NCBI GenBank assembly: GCA_965153285.1
Contig: OZ229115.1
Strand: one strand, 5' to 3'
Length of the DNA: 64,000 nucleotides
From: Podarcis tiliguerta
Taxonomy: Eukaryota
Shown: positions 1 to 11,657 of the stretch, piece after piece
Position numbering within the stretch: position 1 is the first letter of the stretch
Layout of the letters: every line of letters begins with the position of its first letter
The notes under the pieces: model-generated
What the model saw: the letters and a program-made list of their open reading frames with translations, nothing else
Told to the model about the DNA's origin: nothing
Databases searched by the model: none
Program-made: the position numbers and the translations under genes

Positions 1-214
1 AACATATTTTTCCTTGGCAATGTCTCATTGATTGCTTCAGTAGCAGTGGATACCATTTCCCCCCTCAGTCAAGAGTGCTCAGGAACACAGACCAATTGCC
101 CCAATCCTAAGCGTACTTTCATAAAACTAAGTTCTACAAAACCCAGAAAATGATGATGAAAGATCCCCCACCAATGCAAGATGACCAAAGCCAATAGTGT
201 CAGGTATAAAATAG

Positions 215-220
215 TTTATT
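215..220 (-). terminator. G0S2: G0S2 polyadenylation signal
   Basis: AATAAA on the minus strand (tttatt 215-220), about 330 nt after the stop codon, at the end of an AU-rich 3' UTR. Confidence 0.7.
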
Positions 221-553
221 TAAAATGAAAATGTATGTAAATTGTATGCATAGTTATCATAATAACAATAATATAAAAACAACCACCCCACACAAAGGTG
301 GGTACAAGATGCTACAAGCTTCACATATCCATACCTAAAGAACAGGTACGTAGATTGGAATGGCTGTGTAGTTAAAACTGCTGCATGGCAGCAAAATAAA
401 ACTGTCTTGGTTTTAGGTATAGAGTCCATTTGCATCTCGCATACAAGTCACAGTTCTCTTGCCTTCTGGAAACTACACTGTCAAGAAGGAATGGGTCAAG
501 GAATGTCCTGTGTATTTCATGTCATCATGTTCTTGCAGGCGCTGGACGCGCTC

Positions 554-874
554 TTATGATGCATGCTGCCGGTTCACCAAATTTCTCACTGCTAGCACCT
601 GCTTGCTTTTTTCCAGTGTTACACCCTCCTGTTTCTGAGGCACAACCTCCTCTTTTGTCAGGGGTGTGGCAGGTCTCTCCTCTTCCTTCTCCCTCTCCTC
701 TTCCTCCTGCCTCTCCTCAGAGGCGAAAGGGCTGCAGACCGTCTCCACCAGGCCAATGACCACACCAAAGAACGTCAGCACGCTGCCCACCATGTACAGC
801 TTGACCATCTTCCCGTTGGGTTTCTGGCTGAGCATCTCTTTGGCAAAGGGAATCAGCTCCTGCATCGTCTCCAT
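554..874 (-). CDS. G0S2: G0/G1 switch protein 2 (ATGL inhibitor), single coding exon, 106 aa
   Basis: The translation METMQELIPFAKEMLSQKPNGKMVKLYMVGSVLTFFGVVIGLVETVCSPF...RQHAS matches the G0S2 N-terminus, hydrophobic ATGL-binding segment and conserved C-terminal RQHAS. It is head-to-head with LAMB3, as in human. Confidence 0.97.
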   Translation of the reverse strand: METMQELIPFAKEMLSQKPNGKMVKLYMVGSVLTFFGVVIGLVETVCSPFASEERQEEEEREKEEERPATPLTKEEVVPQKQEGVTLEKSKQVLAVRNLVNRQHAS

Positions 875-912
875 CGTTAGCTAAGGGAGCAGACACAGCG
901 AGTCACAGAGAC

Positions 913-1335
913 CTGCAGAGCAAAACGGAAAAGAGAAAGGACATCAGTTGCAGTTCAAAGGATGCCTCCCCCTCGCCAAAAAAATCCCACAAGCTGATCT
1001 GACTTTGAAGAAACCGACAGCATTTACAGAAGTGCAATTTACAATGGCCACATTATCTCTGCAGTTGCAATGCAGTTCAGATTATCTACCTGTCTCACTG
1101 CAGGACGCATGCACCAGGCTTACCAATGCAAAAAGCACGGGGGCTCGGAGAATCCCGCCCCGCAAGCAGCCCCACGCTTGCAAACCTTTAATTCGAGGAA
1201 TTCAAATCGCGCTCTGCACAACCTCATCCCAAACTGGATTTAGGTGAACTGAGCCGCCAGCTATCGACCTATCTCAGCGCCTGTCGTTTAACATCCTGGT
1301 TTTGCTTTCAGAAAACAGAAATCCGCCGTACTCAC
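913..1335 (-). other. G0S2: G0S2 5'-UTR intron (non-coding exon 1 about 1336-1450; exon 2 starts at 912)
   Basis: Minus-strand donor G|GTGAGT (actcac 1330-1335) and polypyrimidine acceptor cctttctcttttccgttttgctctgcAG| ending at 913. This fits the two-exon structure of G0S2. Confidence 0.85.
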
Positions 1336-1475
1336 CAGAACCACAGAGCTGTCAATCTTTGCCTCGAGAGATCTCTTGTTTAAGCAATAGCAGTGCTTTT
1401 TCTCTCTGCTCTTTAGATCCGACCAGGCACTCGGCGCTGCTCAGCTGTTGCCTTTGCAAGCGCGCAGCCCGGGCC

Positions 1476-1860
1476 TTTATATTCCCCACGCTGGGCGAAG
1501 CCCCGCCCCTGGCCCCAGTCAGCTTGCAAGAGGTCGCCCAGGCAGGCGGAGGGCCAAGGGGGCTGTCCATGCGCCGAGCACGCCGCGAGCACACGGAGGG
1601 CTTAGGGGGCCGGACCCTCCCGGGACGCGCGAGCTGGCAAGGCGCAGGGTCGGGGTGGGCGCCAGCTGCCAGTGACCCGGGCAAGGAGACGGGAAGGGGG
1701 AGGCCCGTCTCCTGCGCCAGGAGAGAGGGGTGTAGTTGTGTGTCACGTAGCAAGCGGCGGGCTCTCAGACGGGATCTTTTCATTTATTTTTGCAAAGGTC
1801 GAGGGGGTTAGCCCATTTTGCGCAGCCAGGGAATAAGCAGGCGGAGACGTGCGCGGGTGC
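1476..1860 (-). promoter_or_regulatory. G0S2: G0S2 promoter / CpG-rich region
   Basis: TATAAA on the minus strand at 1476-1481, GC box GGGGCGGGG at 1501-1509 and a CpG-dense stretch from about 1420 to 1860. Confidence 0.8.
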
Positions 1861-2253
1861 CAGTGTTAGGATGACCTTCACTCCCCCCACTCTAATAAAA
1901 CAGTCTTGCGCTAAAGGGCATGAAGGCTTTGCAAGGAGGCTTAACCGGTGACTTGGCTTATATGCCTCTTCGTTTGCTTTGTTTCGCTCAGTTGAGTGAT
2001 AGGGGTTATTAACCGGCCCCCAAGCGCAATGGTTTAAGAGCAGGTAACACACGCTGCGTCCAACAGCAACCAAATGTCCCCCAGTTGTTGCTGGGCTGCA
2101 CCTCCCATCAGCCCCAGTCAATGCACTGGGATAGTGGCTCCTCTAATGACTCCGGGGTAGCTTTGTGGATAGGCAAAGCTTTGAACCCTGGTTTTCCTGA
2201 GCCAAACTGAGTCTGCCGACTCTGCCACACCTTAGATACCCAGTTTCTATATA

Positions 2254-2514
2254 TAGTGGTACCTCTGGTTACGTACTTAATTCGTTCCGGAGGTCCGTTC
2301 TTAACCTGAAACTGTTCTTAACCTGAAGCACCACTTCAGCTAATGGGGCCTCCTGCTGCTGCCGTGCCGGCGGCGGCACGCAATTTCTGTTCTCATCCTA
2401 AAGCAAAGTTCTTAACCCGAGGTACTATTTCTGCGTTAGCAGAGTCTGTAACCTGAAGCATATGTAACCTAAAGTGTATGTAACCTGAAGTGTATGTAAC
2501 CCGTGGTACCACTG
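2254..2514. mobile_element. pogo/Tigger-like (Tc1/mariner) MITE
   Basis: TIRs (C/T)AGTGGTACC...GGTACCACTG flanked by TA, with internal ~16-bp tandem repeats (gtaacctgaagtgtat). A second copy lies at 33931-34123. Confidence 0.85.
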
Positions 2515-2723
2515 TATCACAGAATTGTAGAGTTTTAAGGGACCTATATATGGGTGGGTGTGTTTCTCTTGTACCCCACCTTTCACTCAAGGAGTTCCAC
2601 TGCCCCCACTTTTTATCTTCACGTCAACCCTGTGAGATTTGTTAGGCTGAGAGAGAGCAACTGGCTCAACTTCACCCAGTGAGCTTCATGGCTGAGCGGG
2701 GATTTAAACCTGTGCCTTTATAT

Positions 2724-3284
2724 GCCCCATCTGCACTATACAGTTATACCTTGGGTTACAGCCGCTTCAGGTTGTGTTTTTTCGGGTTGCAGACTGCCGA
2801 AACCTGGAAGTACTGGAACGGGTTACTTCTGGGTTTCGGCGGTCGCGGATGCGTAGAAGTGCTAAATCGCGCTTTGTGCATGCGCAGAAGTGCCGAATCG
2901 CAACCTGTGCGTGCACAGACGCAGGTTGGGAACATTGCGGGTTGGGAACGTGCATCCCGCACGGATCACGTTCACAACCCGAGCGTCCACTGCACATTTA
3001 AAGCAGTATTATACCACTTTAAACAGTCATGGCTCCCACCCCGCAAGAATCTTGGGAACTGGAGTTTGTTAAGGATGCTGAGAGTGGTTAGGAGACCCCT
3101 ATTTTCCTCACAGAGTTACAACACTTGAGTCGTTTCACAACCAGTCCCTGTACTCTGGGAACTGTAGGTCTCTGTGGGGAATAGGGGTCTCTTAACCGCT
3201 CTCAGCACCCTTAATAAGCTACAGTTCCCAGGATTCTTGGGAGAGTGGTATAACATTGTCTTCTTTGTGTGGTGCAGATGGGAC
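2724..3284. mobile_element. Foldback (palindromic) MITE-like repeat interrupted by a nested pogo-like MITE
   Basis: Ends gccccatctgcac / gtgcagatgggac; long inverted arms at 3045-3121 and 3161-3238. Confidence 0.7.
2741..2992. mobile_element. pogo/Tigger-like MITE inserted at a TA inside the foldback element
   Basis: Ends TA|CAGTTATACCTTGGGTT...AACCCGAGCGTCCACTG; CpG-rich interior related to 17627-17886 and 54896-55136. Confidence 0.7.
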
Positions 3285-4026
3285 TAAAACTTGTCACACT
3301 AACCACTACGCCACATTGGCTGTATGTAGGTTCTTTATGTTAAGGCCCTTCAGAGTATGGGGACCAGCGACCTCTGAGCAGATCCTTCCAGCCCCTTCCT
3401 CCAGTGCTTGACTCATGTTTTTTTTTAAGGGGAAAGGCAAGCAACCCATGTTAGCACCGTTTCTGTTCTTGCCAGCTTTGAGAATGGTTTGGAGAAATTG
3501 CTCTTCTGGTACACAGGGCATGGTTTTCGGCCTTTTGGGATCTGTGTTCTATTTCTGTCCCTAAAGCTGCTAGGCACTCTTGCGTAAGCCTTCATGCCTC
3601 CCTCTCACCTCTCACCCACTAGCTGTGTTGTCTATTTGGATAATAAGGGGTTGCGAATGCATGCAGTCTGTTGCAAAAGTGTCTCTCATTGCAGCAGAGA
3701 CCTTGTTGCTTTATCCAGATAAGGGTTGAAAAAAGTGAATCAGTGAAGGATAGAGCTTGGTTTAGGCGTTCCAAATGAAAGTGTGGAGGGCGGCTGATAT
3801 CATGGTCGTGCCCACAGCCCCCAACTTCCATGCATTGTATGCCTGAAAGGGTCATCACATCAGCTGGCATGACCACATTTCATGTTTTTAGAAATATGCT
3901 GAGATACACCAACTGGTGCCAGGTGCAACACAATATCTCTTTTTTGGTGTGTGGAGTTGTAGAATCGGGTGCAGAATAGTGTTTAGGTGATAAAACCATT
4001 TATTTATTGTACCCCATGAGCTATAA

Positions 4027-4378
4027 AAAGGTAAAGGTACCCCTGCCCGTACGGGCCAGTCTTGACAGACTCTAGGGTTGTGCGCCCATCTTACTCAAGA
4101 GGCCGGGGGCCAGCACTGTCCAGAGACACTTCCGGGTCACGTGGCCAGCGTGACAAAGCCGCATCTGGCGAGCCAGCACAGCACACGGAAACGCTGTTTA
4201 CCTTCCCGCCAGTAAGCGGTCCCTATTTATCTACTTGCACCCGGGGGTGCTTTCGAACTGCTAGGTTGGCAGGCGCTGGGACCGAGCAACGGGAGCACAC
4301 CCCGCTGCGGGGATTCGAACCGCCGACCTTTCGATCGGCAAGCCCTAGGCGCTGAGGCTTTTACCCACAGCGCCACCC
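4027..4378 (-). mobile_element. Sauria SINE
   Basis: (ACCTTT)n tail, tRNA-like head GGGTGGCGCTGTGGGT with box B GGTTCGAATCCC on the minus strand; near-identical to 62609-62966. Confidence 0.9.
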
Positions 4379-5262
4379 AATACAAATCAAGGTTTGAGCA
4401 GCAAAACGGCAACCACCTTTTGCATTTGTTAAACTGTTGGGAGTTAGAAACCCTTGCTGATCCACTGCAAGTCATCTAGCAATGTACCTACAGATCCCAA
4501 TTTACCTTCTGCCCATTGTGGATGTCCAGTGTTCTCAAAGAGTTTAGACAGAATAGTGATTCACAAATGATTCCAGAAGTTGTTAACAGTTTGCAGGCAG
4601 AGATTTACTTCTAAACTGAGATTAGGAGACTCAGGCTAAAGTTTATGATCTGAGAATCCTACTCTTCACCCCACATGTGTGGCAGCAGTTGGCTGGGCTT
4701 CCTCAGTGGTGGAAGAAAATCACTTTTCTCATGTTCCGAAGCCATGTTTTATTATTCCACATATTCTAGGGATGAGCTCTGGCACTGAAAGCAATTTTTC
4801 AAGTGCCAAGCCATGGTGAGTTCTCATTCTGGTTCAAGCTAAACCTTGGGTGTTGTAGGACTGGTGGTTATGGTCTTTCCATACTGGAAAGTGATTAAAG
4901 GATCACTTCCATGTCAAGCAATTAAACCCATTTCCCCCCTGGGAATTGTAGCTATGTGAGGGAGTTAACTGCAGTTCTCACAATTCTTTGGGTGCTCCAC
5001 ATGCTTCAAATATGCTTTAAATGTACAGTGCGGATGTGCCCCATGATCCTATTGTACCCCTTCCATCATTTTGTGTGGCCACAAGACCCACTGAGGAGCA
5101 AGTGTGAACACTCAATGTATAAGAGGGGAAGATTTTGTATAGTGGCTGAAACACAATAAGAAATCCAACATATTATTACAAGCCCAGACACCTTTTTTAG
5201 CCAATCCATAGAATTGGGTTGCCTAACCATATTTCCATTTTATTGGTTTTTGCCAATATATA

Positions 5263-5378
5263 TAATTGTAGAGTTGGAAGGGACCACAAGGCTTATCTAG
5301 TGCAACCCCTGGCAATGCAGAAATCTTTTGCCCAATGTGAGGCTCAGACCCACAACCCTGAGATTAAGAGACTCATGC
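5263..5378 (-). mobile_element. tRNA-derived SINE fragment with CR1-type 3' end
   Basis: Similar to 32402-32542 and 62275-62355 (gcatgagtctcttaatctcagggttg...ttccaactctacaatt). Confidence 0.6.
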
Positions 5379-5829
5379 AGCTGTGAAGTTTCAAACAATA
5401 TTACTCTGTCTGATGTCCTCTCTTTCTTGCATCTCCTTTTCTTCATGTTTTGGAGAGATCTGACTGAAGTGTTTAGTTATTCCTTTTCTCCAGAAGCATT
5501 CTAAAAATTCTTGTCCCCAAGCAGTTTGAGTTTGATCAGTTGGAGATGTAGAGGGAGATGTGTTTTAAATCTGAATATAGACATAGGTACAGACCCACAT
5601 TTATAAAATATCCCCTCCCGGCAAAACTACTATATCTGAAAAAGAACACAGCAGTGAAACTATTAGCAGGGATTTAAACTAAAATGCGACTATTTCCTTT
5701 CCCCTTTCTACAAAACTTTCCTTATGCAATGGGCTTCCCTTCTCTAATAAGGAAACCAAGCAGAAACCAACTGTCCCCCAGCAGCGAGTCAGAATGACCG
5801 CACCCCACATTAAATGGGGGGCGCCCTTT

Positions 5830-6653
5830 GCGTGGTCGCGCACAGCCCCGGGGACTCTATGTGGCACCATTAGCACAGGCTTGGCTTGGCCTTCCCCAGG
5901 TGGGATATCTGGAGGTCTCCGCCTACCTCAGCCAGTTGCCCAATCCCGCGTGGGGAGGCGTTGCCAAGGTGATCAGGCCAGGTAGGGGGAGGGACCACCC
6001 TGCCCACACAATAGGAGGAGGATCTTACCTGGGAATCCTCAGTTGGCTCCAGAGCTTCTCCTGCCCTACCCACCCTCAGTTAAGACTTCTTTTGCAGGTT
6101 AACCTTTTATTCACAGGTACTCAGGGTCGCTGTTGAAGGGCCGGAAAGGAATTCTCCTGAATTGGCAGGTTTGCCTTTCCCATAGCAAAACATCACAACT
6201 TTGGCGGTATCAGGCCTTGGGTGGAATCCTTTAGTCTATCTTCCCTAAATGGGGGAGGGCATGTAGCGGTGACCCATGCCCCCCTTCTCTTTGTGGCAGC
6301 GATTCCAGGGTTCCCCGTTAAAGGAGTTGTTTTGAGGGGAGGCTTTGGCCGTATGCCTAGAAGTTGTCATTGCTCTCCCTTGCGATGGCAACGTAATGGG
6401 GGCAGGCTCTCTCTGCTTGAACATATGTTTTCCAGAGCCAGCCCATCCCCCCCACACTCTGGATAACCCTGATGTTCCCCAGATCCCTGGCAGGGGACTG
6501 GGAAGGATAAATGCCCAATGCCTGAGCCCAGGTCTACCCACACCTGAAACATAATAAAGTTGTGGCCACTTTTAATCCCATAGCACATTGTCCATAGTTG
6601 TTATTCCACATGGGGCCGTCCAAGGTTTGGGGGACTCTGCCCGTCCACACAAA
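5830..6653 (+). mobile_element. LTR-like structured non-coding repeat, copy A (possibly DIRS/Ngaro-type terminal repeat)
   Basis: Shares an ordered set of motifs with 25033-25822 and 26772-27558: C-rich CCCACCCTC-like tract, GTCGC, U-rich internal-loop hairpin, TAGCAAA..TCACAACT, CCGTTAAAGG, AATAAAGTTGTGGCC and a CAC(G/A)CAAA end. No TSD seen; boundaries approximate. Confidence 0.65.
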
Positions 6654-7819
6654 TGGAAGGGATGCACATTCTGTGAAGGTGATAGTGAATCTCTTCCTAC
6701 CACTTTCACACTTCTTCACCTCCACCTCCAAATGAGCATTGCATCAGCAGCATAAAGCAGGTTACATAAACTTTGGTAATACATTCTCAAGCTGCTATTA
6801 ACCCATTTTACTTAAATAGTAAATACGTTCTATATTTTGAAAGACTGTGTCTCTGGAGGATGGGACAGATGCACAATCAGCTCCAGTGCTGACACAAGGC
6901 ATTTTCTCACATCCCCCCCCCCCATGTGACTGTCAGCATTTTAAGGGCCAAACTGGGCAAGATGCAGTTAGCATTAATAGCAACTGCAGGGGGAAGCACT
7001 GAATCCCTTTGATCACTGTTTCAGATAGCCAATCCACTTCTAACCCAAATGCAGCGGCTAGGTAAAAAGTTAGCACACTTCCCATCATTCAATGTGCCCT
7101 GGTCTTGTGCTTGCCTTTTGCCCTCAACTGCTTGCACTGTTTTCAGTTGTGCTTATACACCCAGACATTTTTCCTGCGGTTGAGACAAGGATCTGATTTC
7201 AAAACAAAATTTCCTTGCTAGCCTCACAGGACTTAGCTGGGCACTCTGCCTCTTATCAGTTTGAGTGCCCAGCAATGTGCTTGGGATGTCTAACTTTACT
7301 AATAGGGAGAGTGTTTCTACTTTCCTATTCTCAGACAGTAAAGCATTGGGGTACCTAAGGAACAGGCATATATAGAAAAATCCTTTCTCCTTGAACAGAC
7401 CTTCTTAAAGAATTAGCATGGGCTTTGCCACATCAGATGGGTTACATCTCTAAACCACCTGTCTGACACTAATTATATTGTCCTCAAACTTTTCCTACTT
7501 AATTTCCTATCCCTGGAAGTTATCTTCTGTGCTAATGCTCACTTTTCAGTCCACAGAGAGGAAAATATACTTTAAACATGTTAATCGGCAGTAACCTTTG
7601 GTGCCAAATTGGAGCCCAAGATAAGAGGGTTTTTTTTATCAAGCAGTCAGACCAGAAAGCTGTTTACATGCTGCAGAATATTTCAGCTGTGTCTGGGAAC
7701 CAATGTAAGCAACCTGGAATTTAAAGCATTGATTGCAGTCTGTTCTACCTTAGGAGGAGTTCTCTGTTTCACACATTATCTGGCACCAAGGGTAGGGAAC
7801 CAAAGCCAGTCCTGGCCAC

Positions 7820-8077
7820 CAGCTGCATGAACTGGAGGAGGAAGAGGAGTGTGTGTGTGTGTGGGGGGGGAGCGCCCTGCCCCTGGCAGCACGATCCTGG
7901 CAGGGTGCCATTGTGGCTGGCCCCTGACTGTGCTGGGTGCCATGCCCCCGCAGGTGGCACACCCCGCCTCAGGATGTGCGCCCTGCCCCTGCGGGCAGCA
8001 CACCCTGCCCCCAGGATGCGCTCCCGCTACCACCTGCTCTCTGCCCCCCGGTCCTGGAGCATGAAGCTCCGCCACTG
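7820..8077. mobile_element. GC-rich hAT-like MITE (degenerate)
   Basis: Right end CTCCGCCACTG resembles the TIR of 28378-28731; internal gc(a/g)ccc(c/t)gccc repeats. Left end unclear. Confidence 0.5.
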
Positions 8078-10039
8078 GTTGCATGTATCTGCGTTGCACA
8101 TCTTGTAAAACATATGGTTATTGCATCCGTATTCCAACTTTTTGCATGCACATTTTAAAACTTGAATGTGAGAAATAGCCATTGGTTTCACACCATTTTC
8201 ATCCGAAGGTCCCAGGAGTGGGGAACTGATTTGGATTGTCCACCCCTAGAGACCAATGGAATCTGGTAGATGCTCTGGGGAATTTCCAGATGCTCTGGGA
8301 AATTTCCCAGGAGACAGACCAGGTGCTCCATGTTTCACTGTAAAATGGCTCCCAAGGGTTCTCTTCGTTGCTGCAGAGCACACATTGCTGCTTGTTCTAC
8401 TGAGGAGCTGCAGACAGTGACGCATGCTGGAGTGCAGGTAGTGGAAAACTCACTCTGAAGGTGTCTGGACACATGTTAGGTTACATATTTTTGTTTACCA
8501 ATTGACAGTGAAAGCTTCAAAGGCACTTCAATGCCTTTGCTGGGTCATACCAAAAGTGGTAGATGGGCCCCTGGAGCATAGCACTTTGAGCATGAAGTCT
8601 TCCAGCTCCATAGTGCGTTGGATGTGCCAGAATTGTAACTCCAGTCAAGGCGTCCAATGCAGCGCCTTCTCACATTTTATGTTATTGAACTCAGTTTATG
8701 AGGCCTGATGATTATGGCCAGCACTGTTGCGATAATGTGGCCAGCTTCCTTGATGCCCATCCACCCCAGCTGGTCTTGCTCAGGTGCGTCCAGGCAAGTG
8801 CATCTCTATGTGATGGATTTGTGTCTTTTGCAACAAAAATTCAAAAACGTTCCTGTATAACCAGGCATTTGTGGGTGAGATGTTTTCAGTGTCCCTCCCT
8901 CTTAGTTTCAATTTATCTGTATGGGTTCTCTGTTTGTTTCTATGTTGCTTTGGAGTGCCTTGGGCAAGATAGGACCAACAAATGTAATAAATAATAATAA
9001 ATAAACAAACAGCAAATTGCTTCCCCTTTGTGACAAACAAAATCCGCTGCCTTGCTCTGCCTTATCCTAGGGCCAGCTTTGGAGCTGGTATAACACCCTT
9101 ACTCTTCAGAAGGCTCATTTTAAGAAAAACAGAAACATTTGGGGATCTGTTGACATATTTCCGACATCTTATCTAGGTTGGTCCTCAAGTGTCTCATAGA
9201 ATCTGAGAGACCATTTAGGTCCATTTCTGTATTACATACCTGCATATGAAATCCCTTCATGTTTAGGAGGCACCTGAGTACATGAGATTTCCTGATCATA
9301 GAATTGTAGAGTTGGAAGAGGCCCTGGTTGAGTCATGATGCTTTTTTCCCTCTTCCAGTCAGACCCTTATATGGATTTTTAATATGGATAGTTAATAGGA
9401 ATAAGCATTAAAGAGACACTTTGCATTGGTATCAAATACTGTACCAAATTCTAACCTAGCTAGATACAGCCAACCATTTGAATCACAGGGTTCAGGATAT
9501 AATCTGAACAACTTGCAGGGTTCAGAGAACCATTTCTACTAGGCTACTACAATAACTGGTGGCTGGGCAGGGTTCCAACCTTCTCCTGTGTATTTGCACC
9601 TACCATAGGGGTGTGCTTATCAGAGGATAAGGAGACTGATGGTGGCCAGATGGCTGCTATTGTAATTGCCCACAATGTCCCGGAATGACACAGCACCTCT
9701 TTGGAGCATTGTAGGCAGTTGCCGTGGCAACCACATGGCACTCAGAACTGTGGAACAGAGAGTTAGAAGAATCTTTCTTTGCATCGGCCACTAGCCATAG
9801 CAATAAAATAAAATAAAATGTACTGAAGACAGAGGTGAAAACTTAACTATACAAAATACATTCTGGAGATTTACATCAATAATTAAATAATAGATCTTAT
9901 TCTAATTGCCCTGGCTAATTTTTTTTGCAGTTTTTTCTGCCTCTTCTGGCATACAATATCAGGTCTGCTGGAGAATGCTTGTAATGTTCCAGTGTGTACT
10001 ATCAGACCCAATGAATGGGTGCAATATTATTGTTCACTC

Positions 10040-10180
10040 AATATCATGGGCAAAATGATGAGGTCAACCAAACAACAGATTCTTTGGAAAACTTACCAGA
10101 CTGGCCTCCAATATCTATAACTGAGGTCAATAACCTTATTTCACAGTTAAAAAATAATAAAGCACCAGGCCTAGGGGATC
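10040..10180 (+). mobile_element. non-LTR retrotransposon ORF2 fragment
   Basis: The translation PPISITEVNNLISQLKNNKAPGLGD resembles the KAPGxD motif that precedes LINE RT domains. Confidence 0.5.
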
Positions 10181-11380
10181 ACATCAGAAATATGCAAAAG
10201 GGAAAAGCGCCTCAAAGCACCAAGATTCTGACACGCTATTTTCCCATATAAAAGGTGGCAATCACATACCATCAGCACCTGAAGTGTTTAAAGCTAAACC
10301 CCCAGCACAGTTATTGTATGGGGCTCAGATTTGGACAGGCGCTCACCTTGAATCTACAGAAACTGTTTAATCTAAAGCAATTTTTTTCTGTTCCATCCTG
10401 TGTTCCAAATGCTTCATTGCACTTGGAGGTTAATTTGTTGAATTACAGATTTGATGTAGGATATTTAATTATTGGCTTCAGCTAAATTTAAACTCCACTG
10501 GTCTACTACCCTTAGTATCGCAAGAGTTATGAGTGCACTTGGTCTAAAATTGTCAGCTGTAGAACAGGTGGCTGAAGGCTGTGGTGTCAGCAGCACAGTG
10601 CCCTTGGCACCTGCCTGTGGATTGCCACCTGCTGTAGCTCCAGCCCTGCTTTCTGCATTAATGTGCTTTGCCAGGGAACCTCTGGGCATAGCAGAAGACT
10701 TTGTGGTTTGTTGTAGGGTGCACATAAAACCCCGGCCCGATTCCTTGGATCTCACCATTGCCTAATATGCACCAGGCATACTTACAGGAACACCACATTG
10801 CAGGGGAAGTGAGTATCAAGTTGCCTTTCAGGGGAAAGTTGCCTGCCACCACTAATATTTCTTATTGAGCAAGTCTCAGGCTTCTTTGAAACACAGCCTG
10901 ACTGCTGTGAGGATAAGATGCTGAAGAATTCAAGGGAGCTCATACGTAGAGTTTGTAGTCAGTTATTGGAAGTGATTTCTCTACACTCAGCCTGTTGAGT
11001 AATGCCCAGTCCTAGAAGTAACTTGTGTCAAAGCACACATGTCTGTGAGGAAGTGGGAACTCCTTTTGCTACGTGCAGTTTGGGTGCACAGGGTATGAAT
11101 GACTCAGAATTTAGCAATAATTGGGAGGGTGGCTTTAAGTCATGAGAAAGATAAGACACTGGTCTTACGAAGTTTACCATGTGAAATCCTTAAAACTGCC
11201 CTGTTTGCACAGTGAAAACCCTTCTTTGCTCAACTATTACATATCGTATTCACAGAGTAGTAAACGTGTGTTTTTCACACATAGTGATCTAAATGCACTT
11301 ACTGTACTTTTCTCTCTGAAAATGCCTTTCTCATTAACAAAACTGTTCTCTCCATATCCCTCCAGGCAGCTGTAGGTGCA

Positions 11381-11657
11381 TTTTCTGCTGCTCCAGAGAA
11401 GCGGACACGGAGCAATGGATCCAAACTACAAGAAAGAAGATTCCACCTAAACATTAGGAAGAACTTCCTGACAGTAAGAGCTGTTCGGCAGTGGAATTTG
11501 CTGCCAAGGAGTGTGGTGGAGTCTCCTTCTTTGGAGGTCTTTAAGCAGAGGCTTGACAACCATATGTCAGGAGTGCTCTGATGGTGTTTCCTGCTTGGCA
11601 GGGAGTTGGACTCGATGGCCCTTGTGGTCTCTTCCAACTCTATGATTCTATGATTCA
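11381..11657 (+). mobile_element. CR1 LINE 3' fragment
   Basis: Near-identical to the 3' end of the 18944-20141 copy; (ATTCTATG)n tail. Confidence 0.92.

Noticed and set aside
430-884. Plus-strand ORFs overlapping G0S2
   Set aside because: Antisense shadows of the real CDS.
1302-1811. Overlapping ORFs of 143-169 aa
   Set aside because: They span the GC-rich G0S2 promoter and exon 1, where stop codons are naturally scarce; no recognisable domain.
2447-2502. CRISPR-like repeat array
   Set aside because: Eukaryotic DNA; these are head-to-tail ~16-bp subterminal repeats of a MITE with no spacers.
5830-6653. Hammerhead ribozyme or retrozyme interpretation of the structured repeats
   Set aside because: I found no CUGAnGA...GAAA catalytic core conserved across the three copies.
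8200-8860. Possible old LINE remnant
   Set aside because: Looks like decayed repeat sequence, but I could not identify a diagnostic motif or boundaries.
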